From Eledone cirrhosa (Eukaryota), in contig OZ024742.1 in assembly GCA_964016885.1 (NCBI GenBank), positions 17,050,001-17,114,000 on the forward strand: 64,000 nucleotides of DNA, read 5' to 3'. Positions 14,580 to 29,866 of this stretch are shown piece after piece (positions within the stretch are counted from its first letter, which is position 1; each line of letters begins with the position of its first letter). A program made the position numbers and the translations under genes. Below the pieces are notes generated by a model. It was not told the DNA's origin. It did no database searches and was given only the letters and a program-made list of their open reading frames with translations.

Positions 14580-16790
14580 GTATGAGTTACCCTGGAGGAG
14601 ATCAACGCCAATGCTTACAGGATAATATCCGGACTTGGCATAGATGATAGGACAGCCCCATACCAACCGAAGGAGCCGAGGATTACCCTTAAAGATCACA
14701 AGCCCAACTTTGAGTCCGACCTTCCGGTTAGACTAATAGCCTCTTCCAAGTCAGACATGGGGATCGTCAGTAAAAGCATACTCGATAGGATTTTGCCTAT
14801 GCTTTAGAAAAAAACTAAATTACAGCAATGGCCATGCACAGGTGAGGTAATAGAGTGGTTTACGCTATTACGTGAGAAAAGTAGGACCAGCTTTATCCAA
14901 CTGGATATTGCTGGCTACTCCTCCTCAATCTCGCCCATAGTACTTAATAAGGCTCTTATTTTAGCAATGTCCAATACAGACGTAACCCGCGAGGAGGTAG
15001 GCATCATCCACGCCACCCGAAAGCCCTTGATCCGTTTCAGTGCGGACCTTTGGAGTAGGAGTGATTGGCCAAATAACTTTGACATCACAATGGGCTCCAG
15101 CGACTCTGCACAGGTAACGGACATGGTTGGGCTCTTCTTACTGAAGCAGATAAAAGAAGAAATCCCCTGCCTGGGCGGCGGATTGTATCGTCACGATGCT
15201 CTCTTCACAGTCTATGACCACAGCACCACTATGGTGGAGAGAATGAAGAGGCGAATTAGGCATTTCTTTAGGAACCATGGGCTTAGCATTGGATTAGACC
15301 CCAATAGAAAGGTAGTCAACTTCCTAGACACCACCCCAAACCTGAGCACTGAGCAATACTACCCCCATCACAAGCCCAACGAGAAACTGGTATATGTTAA
15401 CGCTAAGTCAAACCACCCTAGAACCATAATTAAGGCCGTAGTCAAGAGTGTCTCGGACAGGATCTCCAACATGTCCACTAATAAAGAGATCTTCGATAGC
15501 AACGCAGAATATTATAACGCAGCTCTAAATAAGGCGGCCCATGCCCAAAATATACCTTACAACCCGAGCCGCCATGATAGAGATAGCACATCGGACCTCC
15601 CGACCCACGGTATCCGAGAGGGGGGGGGTTAACCTAAGAGTGCAGGCAAAGTGGAAGCAACTAAACCCCATAAACCCGGCACCACCACATTAGCGAAAAG
15701 GACGCGTACACCTAGCCATGGGAAGAAACCCAGAACGCGAGGCGGTCTCAGGGGTGATACTAACCACACCAGGCCCGACGCCCCCAACCGCAAGACACGA
15801 AGCGGGACTGATGGGGGATCATCCCATTGTAGAACTCTCAGCGTGGGTACACACCACCCCACAGGTACGGGCCGAGAAGCTAGCAAAAAACATTGCGCCC
15901 ACAGGGGAAGAAACAATGCGGGAACCAGTAGCAGCCCACCAACTCCCCAACAGCCCACAGCCCGCTCAATCCACCCACATAGGAATAGACTAAGAAAAAT
16001 TACGTGGTATAACTCACCCAGCCTGGCCCGGTCATTCTTTAGGGCACTAGATAAATGCTTCCCTAGGGACCACAGATACCACAAGATCTTCAACAGACAC
16101 ACTGTGAAGCTAAAGATTTGACCACGCGCAACGTAGTCCAGCACACAGCTAGCATCATTAGAAGTAGACTTAGAAACTACACACAGCCAGCAGCTGACAA
16201 TATAGGCACCCAGCAGAGCCATGTGGAGGGAAGGAATGGTGGACCCGGAACCCACGCTGGGAACCCAAACAGATCCAGGGACTCCCCACCGGGCCCAGGG
16301 AAAGACCACCCTATACTACGCAACGGGAACCCCACAATAGGCATTCAGGGGTCGACCACATCCTGCAACTGCAGAACCCCCACATTATGCCCCCTTAGTA
16401 ATGAATGCCTAATGAAGAACTTAGTATACGGATGTTGAATAAAAACTTCCAACTCTATGCACCTTTACATCGGAGCCACATCAACAAGCTTCAAAGAAAG
16501 ATAGTATAACCATCGCCATTCCTTTAATAGGCAGGGCAAAAGGAAAAGTACGGCTCTTTCCGAACTGATCTGGAAGCTCAACCTGGATACGACCCCGTAC
16601 TCTCTGGCCTGGTCCCAAATCAGGAAAGTGTCACCTGATAGAGGGGGATCTAGCATCTGCAACCTATGTCTGAACGGGACGCCTCGAGATACTCAGTGGT
16701 GGGAGTAACCTAACCAACCTCAGGACCGACTTCTTTGGTACATGTAGACAGCTCATGGCCGGAACCTTCCTCAAGCTATATGGATAACAA
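14580..16790 (+). pseudogene. Penelope RT plus GIY-YIG endonuclease pseudo-ORF
   Basis: Multiple stops and frameshifts. The catalytic YRDD is mutated to YRHD. Parts appear as ORFs 14967-15632, 15651-16121 and 16118-16438. Confidence 0.85.
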
Positions 16791-17353
16791 CCCATTGGGA
16801 TGGGAACTTCACTCAAGCTATAGCGACAGCAGCCCCGTCACACCGAGCCCAAAGTAAACCATCCCTACACCCGCCTCTATCCCCACCTGTACTCCCGCAA
16901 CGATTGACTCCTATAGCCACACACCTACCTAGCAGCTAAAACCATGCCTCACAACACTGTAGTCAACCCTTCTCTCTCACTTCCTTAACAAGAACTCAAG
17001 TTAACTGACACTATATGATATAAATAGACGAAGTACGTCGGTGGAGTTCTATCCTCTGTGCAAACAGGCACCCCAAATTTCCGACCAGCGGACCCCAACG
17101 CCCAACCCCCGGCTTGTCACCCGAATACCCGGAGGATATCCTGCCTCGAACCCGACCCCCTTCACACGCATGAGTCAGTAATAAATACCACAAGTATATA
17201 GGACGCGCCTATTACTACTACTTACCCCTCTCGCCACCTCCAGAGGTGACTTTTGAGCCTGTGTCCGTGTGTGTGTATCCACATGTGGGCGTATATGGAA
17301 TTGTGTGTATGCGTGCATGTATGCGTGTGTGTGACGGTGTAGACGTAATATGG

Positions 17354-17720
17354 GAATGCACCTGAGCCTCTGTTTGTGCATGTGTGCTTGCAACGGTGTG
17401 CGTTGAAGAACATATACGCATATGTACTTTATGCCGAAATAAGAATTGTAGTCCTTTACATTTCTGGATTTTGACACACAGGTTTTTTGGTATTTTATTT
17501 TACACTCCACTTTTACCTCATTTGTTTTTAAAACACACCTATCTTTTGTTGGACTGTGTGGACGTAAATAGGTGAATGCACCCGAGCCTATGTTTATACC
17601 TGTGCCCGCGCAACGGTGTGCGTTGACGGACAATCACACGCATGTACTCTATGCTAAAATAAGAATTGTAATTCTTTACACTTCTCTATTCTGACACACA
17701 GGTTTTTTATTTCAGTTTAT
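17354..17720. repeat. Diverged ~220-bp tandem duplication in the Penelope 3' UTR
   Basis: gaatgcacc.gagcct.tgttt...gcaacggtgtgcgttga...aataagaattgta...gacacacaggtttttt occurs at ~17354 and ~17574. Confidence 0.75.
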
Positions 17721-18185
17721 ATTTTTCTAAATGTTTGATATTGGTTGTAACACACACGCATTCTTTATTTGTTTGGCATCCCCCACCACGTGAAATGGTG
17801 GCAGGATAGATGCCAGTCTACACACATAAATTCTTCAGACCATAGCAGCAGCATACTAAGGTTGACCTGCTAGCTGACCTCCTAACACCACTACCACTAC
17901 CAACACAGTAAAGGAGGACAGCTGTACTTAAACATTCTGATAAAAACAACTATAACAGGCTGACCTGTCTCTGAATCGTTTCTATAGACTTTCGACTGGG
18001 GAGTGGTATGACAACTGACCAATGGGTTACGAGCGTGTCCTCTGACGCTGAAATTCGAATGTTCTAGCCCATATGATTCCAGTTCCGAGGAGGACTAACA
18101 CCACACCCAGGAGCTGGATGATGTATTGACAAAGTGGAACACACTTCAATAACATGTGTACCTATCTTTTCCACACCAATTCGGA

Positions 18186-18238
18186 CTGCCTAAAGAGGTC
18201 ACAGCCAATAATAGCTGTCACCGAAATATATATAGCAG
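18186..18238 (+). ncRNA. Hammerhead ribozyme of the Penelope pLTR (core mutated CUGA to CUAA)
   Basis: CTGC, CTAAAGA, GGTcACAGC-caataata-GCTGTcACC, GAAA, TATATA, TA, GCAG. All three stems are present and AATAAA lies 10 nt downstream. Confidence 0.75.
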
Positions 18239-18342
18239 AGAATTTATAATAAACGAATCCAAATTTTACATGTTTGACTTACTTATTTTTATATATATGT
18301 ATATATATATATTTTTTTTTATCGATGGCACACGCTCTCTCT

Positions 18343-18424
<82 letters not shown>

Positions 18425-18920
18425 CTCTCTCTCTCTCTCTCGCTCTCTCTCTGGTATGTTACCCTTTCTACATATTGTATTTTAAAGAGCTCAGGATTCC
18501 TTTCCTTGAGCACATACTTTACAGGGAATAACGAGAGTCTATGGCTCCGTTAATTTATCTTGATATTGATGAGAATATTCGCAGTGTACCTGACAAAATA
18601 CCTGATAGCATTCTGGTTACTGGTCTTTACGATCCGAGTTTAAATTTTGCTGTGTTTTTAACTTTACCATTCGTCTTTCGCTGACCCATAAAATTAAGAA
18701 CCAGCCAAATATTGTTTATTTACTCGCCTATATATATATATATATACACATACACACACACATATATATATACATAGTGGTAGAGCACTGGTGGGTTATA
18801 TCTGCAGTAGTAGACCACTCAGTCCATGGGGCGAGTTTGGTAAAAGTAGTTCTACAACAGTTAATACACCATTTCCGAGAACAATTTGTTTCACCTCAAA
18901 CGGATCATCAGCTCAGTTTA

Positions 18921-18987
<67 letters not shown>

Positions 18988-20329
18988 TATTTTAACTCCT
19001 ATTAATTCTTTTTAATTTTTTATTTCAATACTCAAAATTCGATAAGATGAATTTTAATAATACATCGAAACCGGTAATACTTTATACTTTATATACGTTG
19101 TAAAACTTTCTTTTAAAAAGAATTGTCACTCTCATTTTTTCAATATTGTCATTTTTTCAATAATGTCATCTTTTCAATAATGTCATCTTTTCAATAATGT
19201 CACTTTGACGAATCAAAGAAATGATAAAAAAAGAAAAACAGCCCCTTAAATATATTTCCCGTGCTATTCCAACTTCACCTTTTCTCTATATCGCCTGTAT
19301 AGAACCATACTTCCCCTTTCTAATATATATGTATATATATACTGTTACCAATCATAGCCCTGGTAACAGAATACTGAAGACAATGATGGCAAATTTTAAA
19401 TTACTGTAAAATGAGAGTACTGAAAGATTTAAAAGCTGAAACCCAAATGCCTAAATGGATTCTCTAGGAAATAATGATTGCCCCAAAATGCTTCTTAAAT
19501 ATATTTATTTTTAGTTTTAAAGGGGAATTTTATTTGACAAACATATCTAATTCAAAATATATATGAATGAATATCAATAAAGTACATTGATTGCATAACA
19601 TAAATCTTCAAAAATATTTCCTCACGGAAAGTAATAGAAAATACAAACATTCTTAAAATGTATTTATACATAGTTTTAAACATATTACTTAGTGTAATTT
19701 AAAATAATACAAATATATCTCGATAATGGGTGCCGAAGAAGTAATTGTAAATTATTCATTTCAAGGCGTAAGTCACTTCTTTAAATACTTTCTTGTAAAC
19801 CTGAAGAAGTTGCTTATTTTATCTAATCTTGCCTAATTTCATGTATTTTTCCATAAACAACCACGTAGCCATATATATGCACAGACATATATACCGTATT
19901 AGATGATTGTTGATTCATGTCATTTGACAGGCTTCGTGTTTCATACCGACCTTGTGCTTATCATATATAGGGGATGTATTCTTGAAGCGAATAGCCACAG
20001 TTTTCCATACAATGCAACAGAATTAACATATTTACTCTCACACCATATATACAATTGATTTAAAGAAACTAATAGCAGTTTTCATTAAATGCAATCAATG
20101 TCATGAATGCTAAAGCTTTGTCTAAAACTATATCAGCCTTTACATCATTCAATGGAATGGTGAATAAGGTTTTAATCCGTTGGATAAAACGAAATAACTT
20201 ACTATGAATATACGCTATGGCGACCTTTCTGACCAATGCAGTTAATGGTTTCCTTACTTAATGGATAATATTAAAGAAAGTATCCAGATTCTATGCAATG
20301 AATTAGTGTAACATTTAGCAAAATTAGAG

Positions 20330-20600
20330 TATGTATTATGTATGTATGTATATATATGTATGTATGTTTGTATGTTTATATGTATGTATGTATGCATGCA
20401 TGCATGTATGCATGTGTGTATGCATATATGTATGTATGTACATATGTTTGTTTGTATATATATATATGTATGCATGTATGTATGAATGTATATATTATGT
20501 ATGTACGTATGTATGTTTGTATGTATATATGTATGCAGGATGTATGTATGTATGGATGATGTATACATTATGTACATGTGTATGCATGTATGAGGTATAG
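20330..20600. repeat. (TATG)n degenerate microsatellite
   Basis: Seen directly. Confidence 0.9.
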
Positions 20601-21196
20601 ATTATGTAAGTGTGTGTGTGTGTCTCTTATACCATTTTCCCACTACGATCACTGAAAGAAAATTTAAACTTTCATTTGAATAAAAGTAAAGTGAAAATGA
20701 TTCAGCAAAAGAGGGTTACAAAGTATGCAGAGGTTCAATTTGAAAGACAAGTTAAAGTGAAAGTATGTATTATTGTTCAATATTCTATAAACGAACGCAT
20801 TAAAATCCAAACGTACGTTTCACAAAGAGAGATACACATTTTAAATCATTTTAAAACAATATTTTTCAATTTCTTCTGCAAATAATGTCTTTTAACATAG
20901 CAAAATGAAGATGCACTGCAGAGTGTTTAGATGCAAATGTTGTGAACTCTATTCTATGTCCTCTATATCGCGGTTCTCTATTCCACTTACCACCAACACA
21001 AGAATTAAAGGATGAATTGGGGCCTGGTAAACTTAGGACATATTTCTTTTTGACAACTTTAGGGGCTTATTTGTAATTGGATTAGTCATCGAAGGAAGTC
21101 TGTTTTTTAGACTTAGTTCAGGGCCCACCTACCTGGCAAGGGACAAGATAATTTATCTCTCAACCTACCTATCTATCTATCTATCTATCTATCTCA

Positions 21197-21318
<122 letters not shown>

Positions 21319-21380
21319 TTCTCTATTATTAGTAGTGATCTACTATTATTATTAGTGACTATTATTATGGTAGATTGGTA

Positions 21381-22415
21381 GAGGGCGGTGGATTGGCAGT
21401 ATGGGTAGAGGTTCTGACGCCATTTTAGGGTGGTGGATTGGCAGTATAGGTAGAGGGTCTGACGCCATTTTAGGGTGGTGGATTGGCAGTATAGGTAGAG
21501 GGTCTGACACCATGTTAGGGTGGTAGATTGGCAGTATCGGTAGAGGGTCTGACACCATGTTATGGTGGTGGATTGGCAGTATAGGTAGAGGGTCTGACAC
21601 CATGTAAGGGTGGTAGATTGGCAGTATAGGTAGAGGGTCTGACACCATGTTAGGGTGGTGGATTGGCAGTATAGGTAGAGGGTCTGACACCATGTTAGGG
21701 TGGTGGATTGGCAGTATAGGTAGAGGGTCTGACACCATGTTAGGGTGGTAGATTGGCAGTATCGGTAGAGGGTCTGACGCCATGCTAGGGTGGTGGATTG
21801 GCAGTATAGGTAGAGGTTCTGACGCCATTTTAGGGTGGTGGATTGGCAGTATAGGTAGAAAGTCTGACACCATGTTAGGGTGGTGGATTGGCAGTATCGG
21901 TAGAGGGTCTGACACCATGTTAGGGTAGTGGATTGGCAGTATCGGTAGAGGGTCTGACACCATGTTAGGGTGGTGGATTGGCAGTATAGGTAGAGGGTCT
22001 GACACCATGTTAGGGTGGTGGATTGGCAGTATAGGTAGAGGGTCTGACACCATGTTAGGGTGGTGGATTGGCAGTATCGGTAGAGGGTCTGACACCATGT
22101 TAGGGTGGTGGATTGGCAGTATAGGTAGAGGGTCTGACACCATGTTAGGGTGGTGGATTGGCAGTATAGGTAGAGGGTCTGACGCCATTTTAGGGTGGTG
22201 GATTGGCAGTATAGGTAGAGGGTCTGACACCATGTTAGGGTGGTGGATTGGCAGTATCGGTAGAGGGTCTGACACCATGTTAGGGTGGTGGATTGGCAGT
22301 ATCGGTAGAGGGTCTGACACCATGCTAGGGTGGTGGATTGGCAGTATCGGTAGAGGGTCTGACACCATGCTAGGATGGTGGATTGGCAGTATCGGTAGAG
22401 GGTCTGACGCCATGC
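21381..22415 (+). repeat. 45-bp minisatellite, ~23 units, derived from the SINE 5' head
   Basis: The unit tagggtggtggattggcagtat(a/c)ggtagagggtctgacaccatg(t/c) matches SINE nt 1-45 and runs directly into the SINE body. Confidence 0.95.
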
Positions 22416-22560
22416 TTTCCAGCATAGTTACGTCCCTTTGCGATCTGAGTTCAAATCTGCCGAGGTTGACTTTTCCTTTCATCCTGACGGGTCGATAAAA
22501 TAAAGTACCAGTAATACACACAAGGTAATTGCTGGCCTTGTGCCAAAAGTAGAATCAATT
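22371..22560 (+). mobile_element. Full-length Nin-domain SINE at the 3' end of the 45-bp array
   Basis: B-box gagttcaaatc, Nin core and 3' tail. The 13-bp TSD attagtagtgatc (21328-21340 and 22558-22570) encloses array plus SINE. Confidence 0.9.
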
Positions 22561-22699
22561 AGTAGTGATCAAATTTCATATGTGTATATAGATATATACA
22601 CATATGTATTTATATAGATATATATACATATGCATATATTAGAAAAGGGAAGTAATGTTCTCTACAAAACAGTGGATATAGGGAAGAGATGAAGTTGAA

Positions 22700-22734
<35 letters not shown>

Positions 22735-22765
22735 GTATGTGTGTTTGTGTGTGTGTGTGTGTGTA

Positions 22766-22856
<91 letters not shown>

Positions 22857-23244
22857 ATGTATATATATACATGCATGTGTATGTGTGTATGTGTTAGTGT
22901 GTGTGTGTGTGTATATATATATGTGTGTGTGCGTCTGTATGTGTGCGTTTGTGTGTATGAATATATGTATGCATATGTGTGTACATATGTGTGTACGTAT
23001 GTTTCGGCGTAAAATGTTCGTTCTGGGTAATATGACAACATTGACGTTCTGAGCAAATGTTAGGTTTGTGCATTCACATAACTTCACAATATATTCCATT
23101 ACATTTGTTCCGCTGTGTACTGTTGAAGTCGCTTAGACATGTCACCTATTTCAAGGTATTTATGACAAAAATTATATTTCATATTTCCTATTTTGCGACA
23201 AAAAAATTGAGATTTATGTTTTTAAATCAAATCATTTGAGATTC

Positions 23245-23292
<48 letters not shown>

Positions 23293-23310
23293 CTTATATA
23301 TATATATATA

Positions 23311-23371
<61 letters not shown>

Positions 23372-23474
23372 TTATATGTACACACACACACACACGCGCA
23401 CACACACACACATATATATATATATATACATATATATATGTATATATATGTATGTTTATATATATGTGTATGTA

Positions 23475-24887
<1,413 letters not shown>

Positions 24888-25234
24888 GTGCCAACACTGA
24901 CGTGTATAATTGTGTGTGTTTGTGTTTGTATATGAGCCTGTGTATATAGATACAGATATAAAATTATTTTGTAAGTATTAGTTGCTTTGTTCAGCTGTAA
25001 ATTTCTCCGTAACAGTTTAACGCTGTTCGAGCAATCATGTGTCTGTAAATCGGTATACAGGTCGACAGAGATGCATCAGTAATTCTTTGGCATTTTAATG
25101 TATACCAGAGGTATTCCGAGGAATAAAATATTTTATTTTCGTAACTATATTCATATGGGAGAGTCTTTTTTTAAACTCTTAGTTTTTCAAGGCAAACATG
25201 GGGAACCACTGAAAAACAAACACACATACTCATG

Positions 25235-25284
<50 letters not shown>

Positions 25285-25290
25285 GACACA

Positions 25291-25391
<101 letters not shown>

Positions 25392-25587
25392 TCACACACA
25401 ATTATATGGTGGATCTCACATTATAAACTGTATGTATAAAAGATAAAGTGTTCCTTCACTCTTGATGGAATTATAAATGTACATTTATACATTTATGATA
25501 CACGGGATGCACAGGCATTTTGAACCTAGCAGACACTATCCTTCTCCAAGTCGGAACACAGCTGATGTCTTCCACAGAAAGAAAGAT

Positions 25588-25625
<38 letters not shown>

Positions 25626-25626
<1 letters not shown>

Positions 25627-26087
25627 CTAGCCGAATTACCCGCGCCTTGCTGCGCTTCACACATTTTTTTTTTCGTAAGAAAATGTTTATTGATTTTAAA
25701 TCAGTGATAAACTATGCATTTCAATATTACTCAATGTAAAATGTAATGCATGAAAAGTTGGAAAACATTATTTTTTGTAATATATCATATCAAAATTACA
25801 TTATTAAATCTTATTCTAATTTTGTTTCTTGCAAATAATTTTTTTCAAAATATCAATTCAAAACTTTCGTGAATAGGTATCATATCTAAACATTTCAGTG
25901 GGGGTTTTCATAGGGGGTTTTGTGCCCCTGCGGAAACCTTTGATTAAAATGAAATATAGTTATCCAAGTACCCTGGGCAATGTAGTTTCAGAATATATGT
26001 GGTTATGGGGGTCTATCTCCAAAACCATAGGAGGAGTTCGTGAACAAACAAACAAACAAACAAACAGACAAACAGACAGGAATACAT

Positions 26088-26095
<8 letters not shown>
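25626..26095 (+). mobile_element. Helitron/Helentron-like non-autonomous element (second family)
   Basis: 5' ACTAGCcgaattACCCGCGCcttgctgcgc and 3' (AAAC)n/(AGAC)n then ctttatatat, inserted in (TA)n. Confidence 0.55.
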
Positions 26096-26123
<28 letters not shown>

Positions 26124-26128
<5 letters not shown>

Positions 26129-27374
26129 AATACAATAACAGAGATAGTTTAAGGCTAAACTCTGACTGGTAACCATCTCACTCAACAAACATTAGGTTAT
26201 ATTAAAATATAAACCCAATTTAAGTGTTTGGGGTGCTAACAATATGTATAATGTGGAAAAACCAGTTGTATTATTTTATGAGATATAATTAAAGTTAAAG
26301 TATATCTCTCTTTCCAAACAATTGTTTCATTATAAGTTTTCTACAAGTTTGGGAGAATGTTTCCAGTTTATGTAGAAGCCTAATATATATTCATGTAAGA
26401 ATATATTTAGGTGGGCACTTATAAATCATCAGTGGAAGCCCATTAAACATTGATATAAGAAAACAATTTCTTACCGCTGTCAAAAATCATGTCCGTAAAG
26501 TACCTCTCTCTCGCCTCAAATAACCGCCAAATTTGAAATTCCAGCAGTTTTTGACTGAGGAAGTATCATAGCGACACGAAGCGGGAAGGGGAAACAAATC
26601 ACGAAATGAGGAAAATAATAATATACACGCGGGTTAATTAGTTTTTTGGAAAACATTATCAATCCAACGTGTTTAAGAACTCAATTGAAAATAAAAAAAT
26701 AAATATATGCTTGTATAAATTACACACGCATATAGATATTTTCTTAGGCTAAATCAGAAGTTGTACCCGAATAAGAACCGCTTCTCATAACCGCAGTAAA
26801 TGCAGAAAGTTATACTATAAAGGGCAAATGGGAATATAATTCTCCGGCCGAATTATTAAGAGTAAAATATAAAACACACGCGGGTTAATTAGTTATTTCA
26901 AAACCAATATTAATTCTTCGTGTAAAGAACTCAATTAATAAAAGAAAATAAATACATATATGCATGTAATTATATACGTAGGCATATATATATATTTTCC
27001 TAGGCTAAAAAACAGAGAAGTTACAACCAAAAAAAGCCACAATATTTCACAACAATAATAAATACGGAAAGTCAAATTCATAAGGTACCTGGAAATAAAC
27101 ACCTCTGGCCAATCAAGAGTAAATATTTAATACAATAACAGAGATAGTTTAAAGCTAAACTCTGACTGGTAACCATCTCACTCAACAAACATTAGGTTAT
27201 ATTAAAATATAAACCCAATTTAAGTGTTTGGGGTGCTAACAATATGTATAATGTGGAAAAACCAGTTGTATTATTTTATGAGATATAATTAAAGTTAAAG
27301 TATATCTCTCTTTCCAAACAATTGTTTCATTATAAGTTTTCTACAAGTTTGGGAGAATGTTTCCAGTTTATGTA
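26124..27374 (-). mobile_element. Non-autonomous Penelope-like element in partial-tandem (pLTR) arrangement
   Basis: Near-identical ~250-bp direct repeats at 26124-26374 and 27125-27374, an internal diverged ~255-bp tandem at 26620-27124, and a hammerhead-like core on the minus strand at 26338-26437. Flanked by (TA)n. Confidence 0.55.
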
Positions 27375-27444
27375 CACACATATATATATATATATATATG
27401 TGTGTGTGTCTGATAGTAGCTAAGATGCTTCCATAGGCGGTGTG

Positions 27445-27503
<59 letters not shown>

Positions 27504-27806
27504 ATATATACTTGGGGAGGGTCATATATGTATATATATATTATTTATGTTAATAGACTGAACAAAAGCACGAGCCAATGTTTCATGTCCCAATATTGAC
27601 ACAACTCCAGAATGCTAGTTTGTGACTTATCTATTATACAACTTTATAAAATATCGTTAAAAGTAATGTGTGCTAAAACGCCAGATTTTGTTCCATTTAT
27701 GAGTATGAATAAATTATATATTTCTGCTCTTCTTCGGATTGAGACGATTGAGAACTGTTTTCCCCACTTTTTCTTCTCACACATTCGGGTATTACTACTT
27801 ATACAT

Positions 27807-27865
<59 letters not shown>

Positions 27866-28139
27866 GGTCAAAACTTTGCTTAAACTTTAATCTGTTATTT
27901 TAATAAATATTTGCTCTACGGTTCTTATATATTTGATATATATTTATCCTTATCGAGCCCTCTTTGGATTTTAGTCTTCACATTTATTATTATTTCTATT
28001 TATATATATATATATATATGGGGTACTTTAACCCATCCGAGTGCTAATGCTACATACCGAATTTGCATTCGTTAGCTTGGCCGCGAACTAAAGCTTCGTT
28101 AATGCTGTATTAAAATTTATATATATATATATTTATTAA

Positions 28140-28190
28140 AGTTTAAGCAAAGAATCGCTGCTTTCACCCTTAACGGGATCTTCTGAAACT
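28140..28190 (-). ncRNA. Hammerhead-like motif with CAGAAGA core (identical to 38277-38327)
   Basis: AGTTT, CAGAAGA, T, CCC-gttaa-GGG, T, GAAA, GCA-gcgattctt-TGC, TT, AAACT. A plus-strand copy of the element's tail lies at 27874-27995. Confidence 0.6.
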
Positions 28191-28247
28191 AATCTTCTGA
28201 AACTTATCGAGCCCTCTTTGAATTTTAGTCATCAAATTTATTATTAT

Positions 28248-28288
<41 letters not shown>

Positions 28289-28706
28289 TATATAAGTATG
28301 TATACGTACATACATATATGTATACAGACGTACAGTAGTATGTATATATATATACATACATGTACACACATATATATATGTACGTATGGATTCACCGAAC
28401 ATTTATTATAATGCACGGTGTGTTTGTAAACAAACATCCCGAATTAAGCCGTACAGTGTCTAGCAACCATAGTTGCTCATTTGTTCAACATTGACAAAGG
28501 AACGCTGTACTAGTTTCAAGCTTATTAGCTATCGTCAGCAACGTATTCCTTCCTGTCAGATGGTTGAACGTCTGAAAGTATATACTTTCCTTATGCATAT
28601 TTACGGCTGAGCAGCCTAATTTGCATATCGAGTGAGTTAATCGGCCGGGGTACCGAAATCGATAAACGGAAAAAATGAAACGAAATTTCATTTCTCACTC
28701 TTAGTA

Positions 28707-28774
<68 letters not shown>

Positions 28775-29127
28775 TTCGTCCGCCACTGGAAGCAGTCTCT
28801 TTTCTCGCTCACACTGCTACAGTGAAGACGTGTCTGTTCTCTCGTCACACTTGCCAGGACTTATGTTCGAAAAAAGTTTGTTGACTTGATATTTTTCCTC
28901 TCTTTACGTTGCTTCATTTTTCGTGTCTGTTTAGAGTACCGCCACCTCCTTTTGCTCGCACTTGGTTGAGGTATATTGTCTCCAACGCGAAGAAATATCT
29001 ATGATTCCTAGCAGACAACTGATGATGGATATTACCCTCTTTCACCCGTAACTTTTTATTTTCATTACACTTAATTGCAACCACACAGCCGCCATTTTAT
29101 TCATATATATATATATATATATATATG

Positions 29128-29553
29128 TAATAACTAGAAATTGATTAGCATATAAATAAACTTGAGTAATCACAGGAGATAAATTTTACAAGCGTGTAAC
29201 CACACATAGCTAGGTAGGTAACTAAATAAAGTTGACCAGAACTTCGAAAATAGATACCTTATAATATGATTAATCTTCCCTGTATATATTCCATTAAAGA
29301 AATATATTTCACCAATTTCCTTGTTGAAAATCCAAGTCTCCACTTCCGTGGTTTACCATCCGATTAATTGGTGAAATATATTTCTTTAATGGAATATATA
29401 GAGGGAAGATTAATCATATTATAAGGTATCTAATTTTGAAGTTCTAGTCAACTTTATTTTTTACCTACCTAGCTATGTGTGGTTACACGCTTGTAAAAAT
29501 TATCTCCTGTGATTACTCATGTTTATTTATATGTTAATCAATTTCTAGTTATT
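29128..29553. repeat. Large fold-back inverted repeat (~190-bp arms, ~48-bp spacer)
   Basis: 29128-29317 is the reverse complement of 29366-29553 with few mismatches, next to (TA)n. Confidence 0.9.
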
Positions 29554-29680
29554 ATAAAATGGTCTGACCTACTCGTTAGAATCTTAGAGCTTTTTTTCCG
29601 GGTGATATGACGCATGTCTTTCTGGCATGACACCCATAATTTTGATTTAGATTAAATTCATTTATCTTAATTTTGGATAT

Positions 29681-29866
<186 letters not shown>

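Larger units (their letters stand above)
14580..18285 (+). mobile_element. Decayed, 5'-truncated Penelope-like retroelement (Naiad-type) with a long 3' UTR/pLTR
   Basis: RT motifs ITLKDHKPNF..VRLI..SKSDMG.VSK.ILD, MGSSDSAQVTDMVGLFLL, GGLYRHD and VNFLD; linker CNCRTPTLCPLSNEC (CxCx5Cx5C); GIY-YIG LVY...LYIGATSTSFKER.YNHRHSF; 3' hammerhead and AATAAA. Starts and ends in short TA runs. Confidence 0.9.

Noticed and set aside
16436-16438. In-frame TGA in the Naiad endonuclease as selenocysteine
   Set aside because: It is not at a conserved Cys position, and the copy has other stops (TAG) and frameshifts, so decay explains it.
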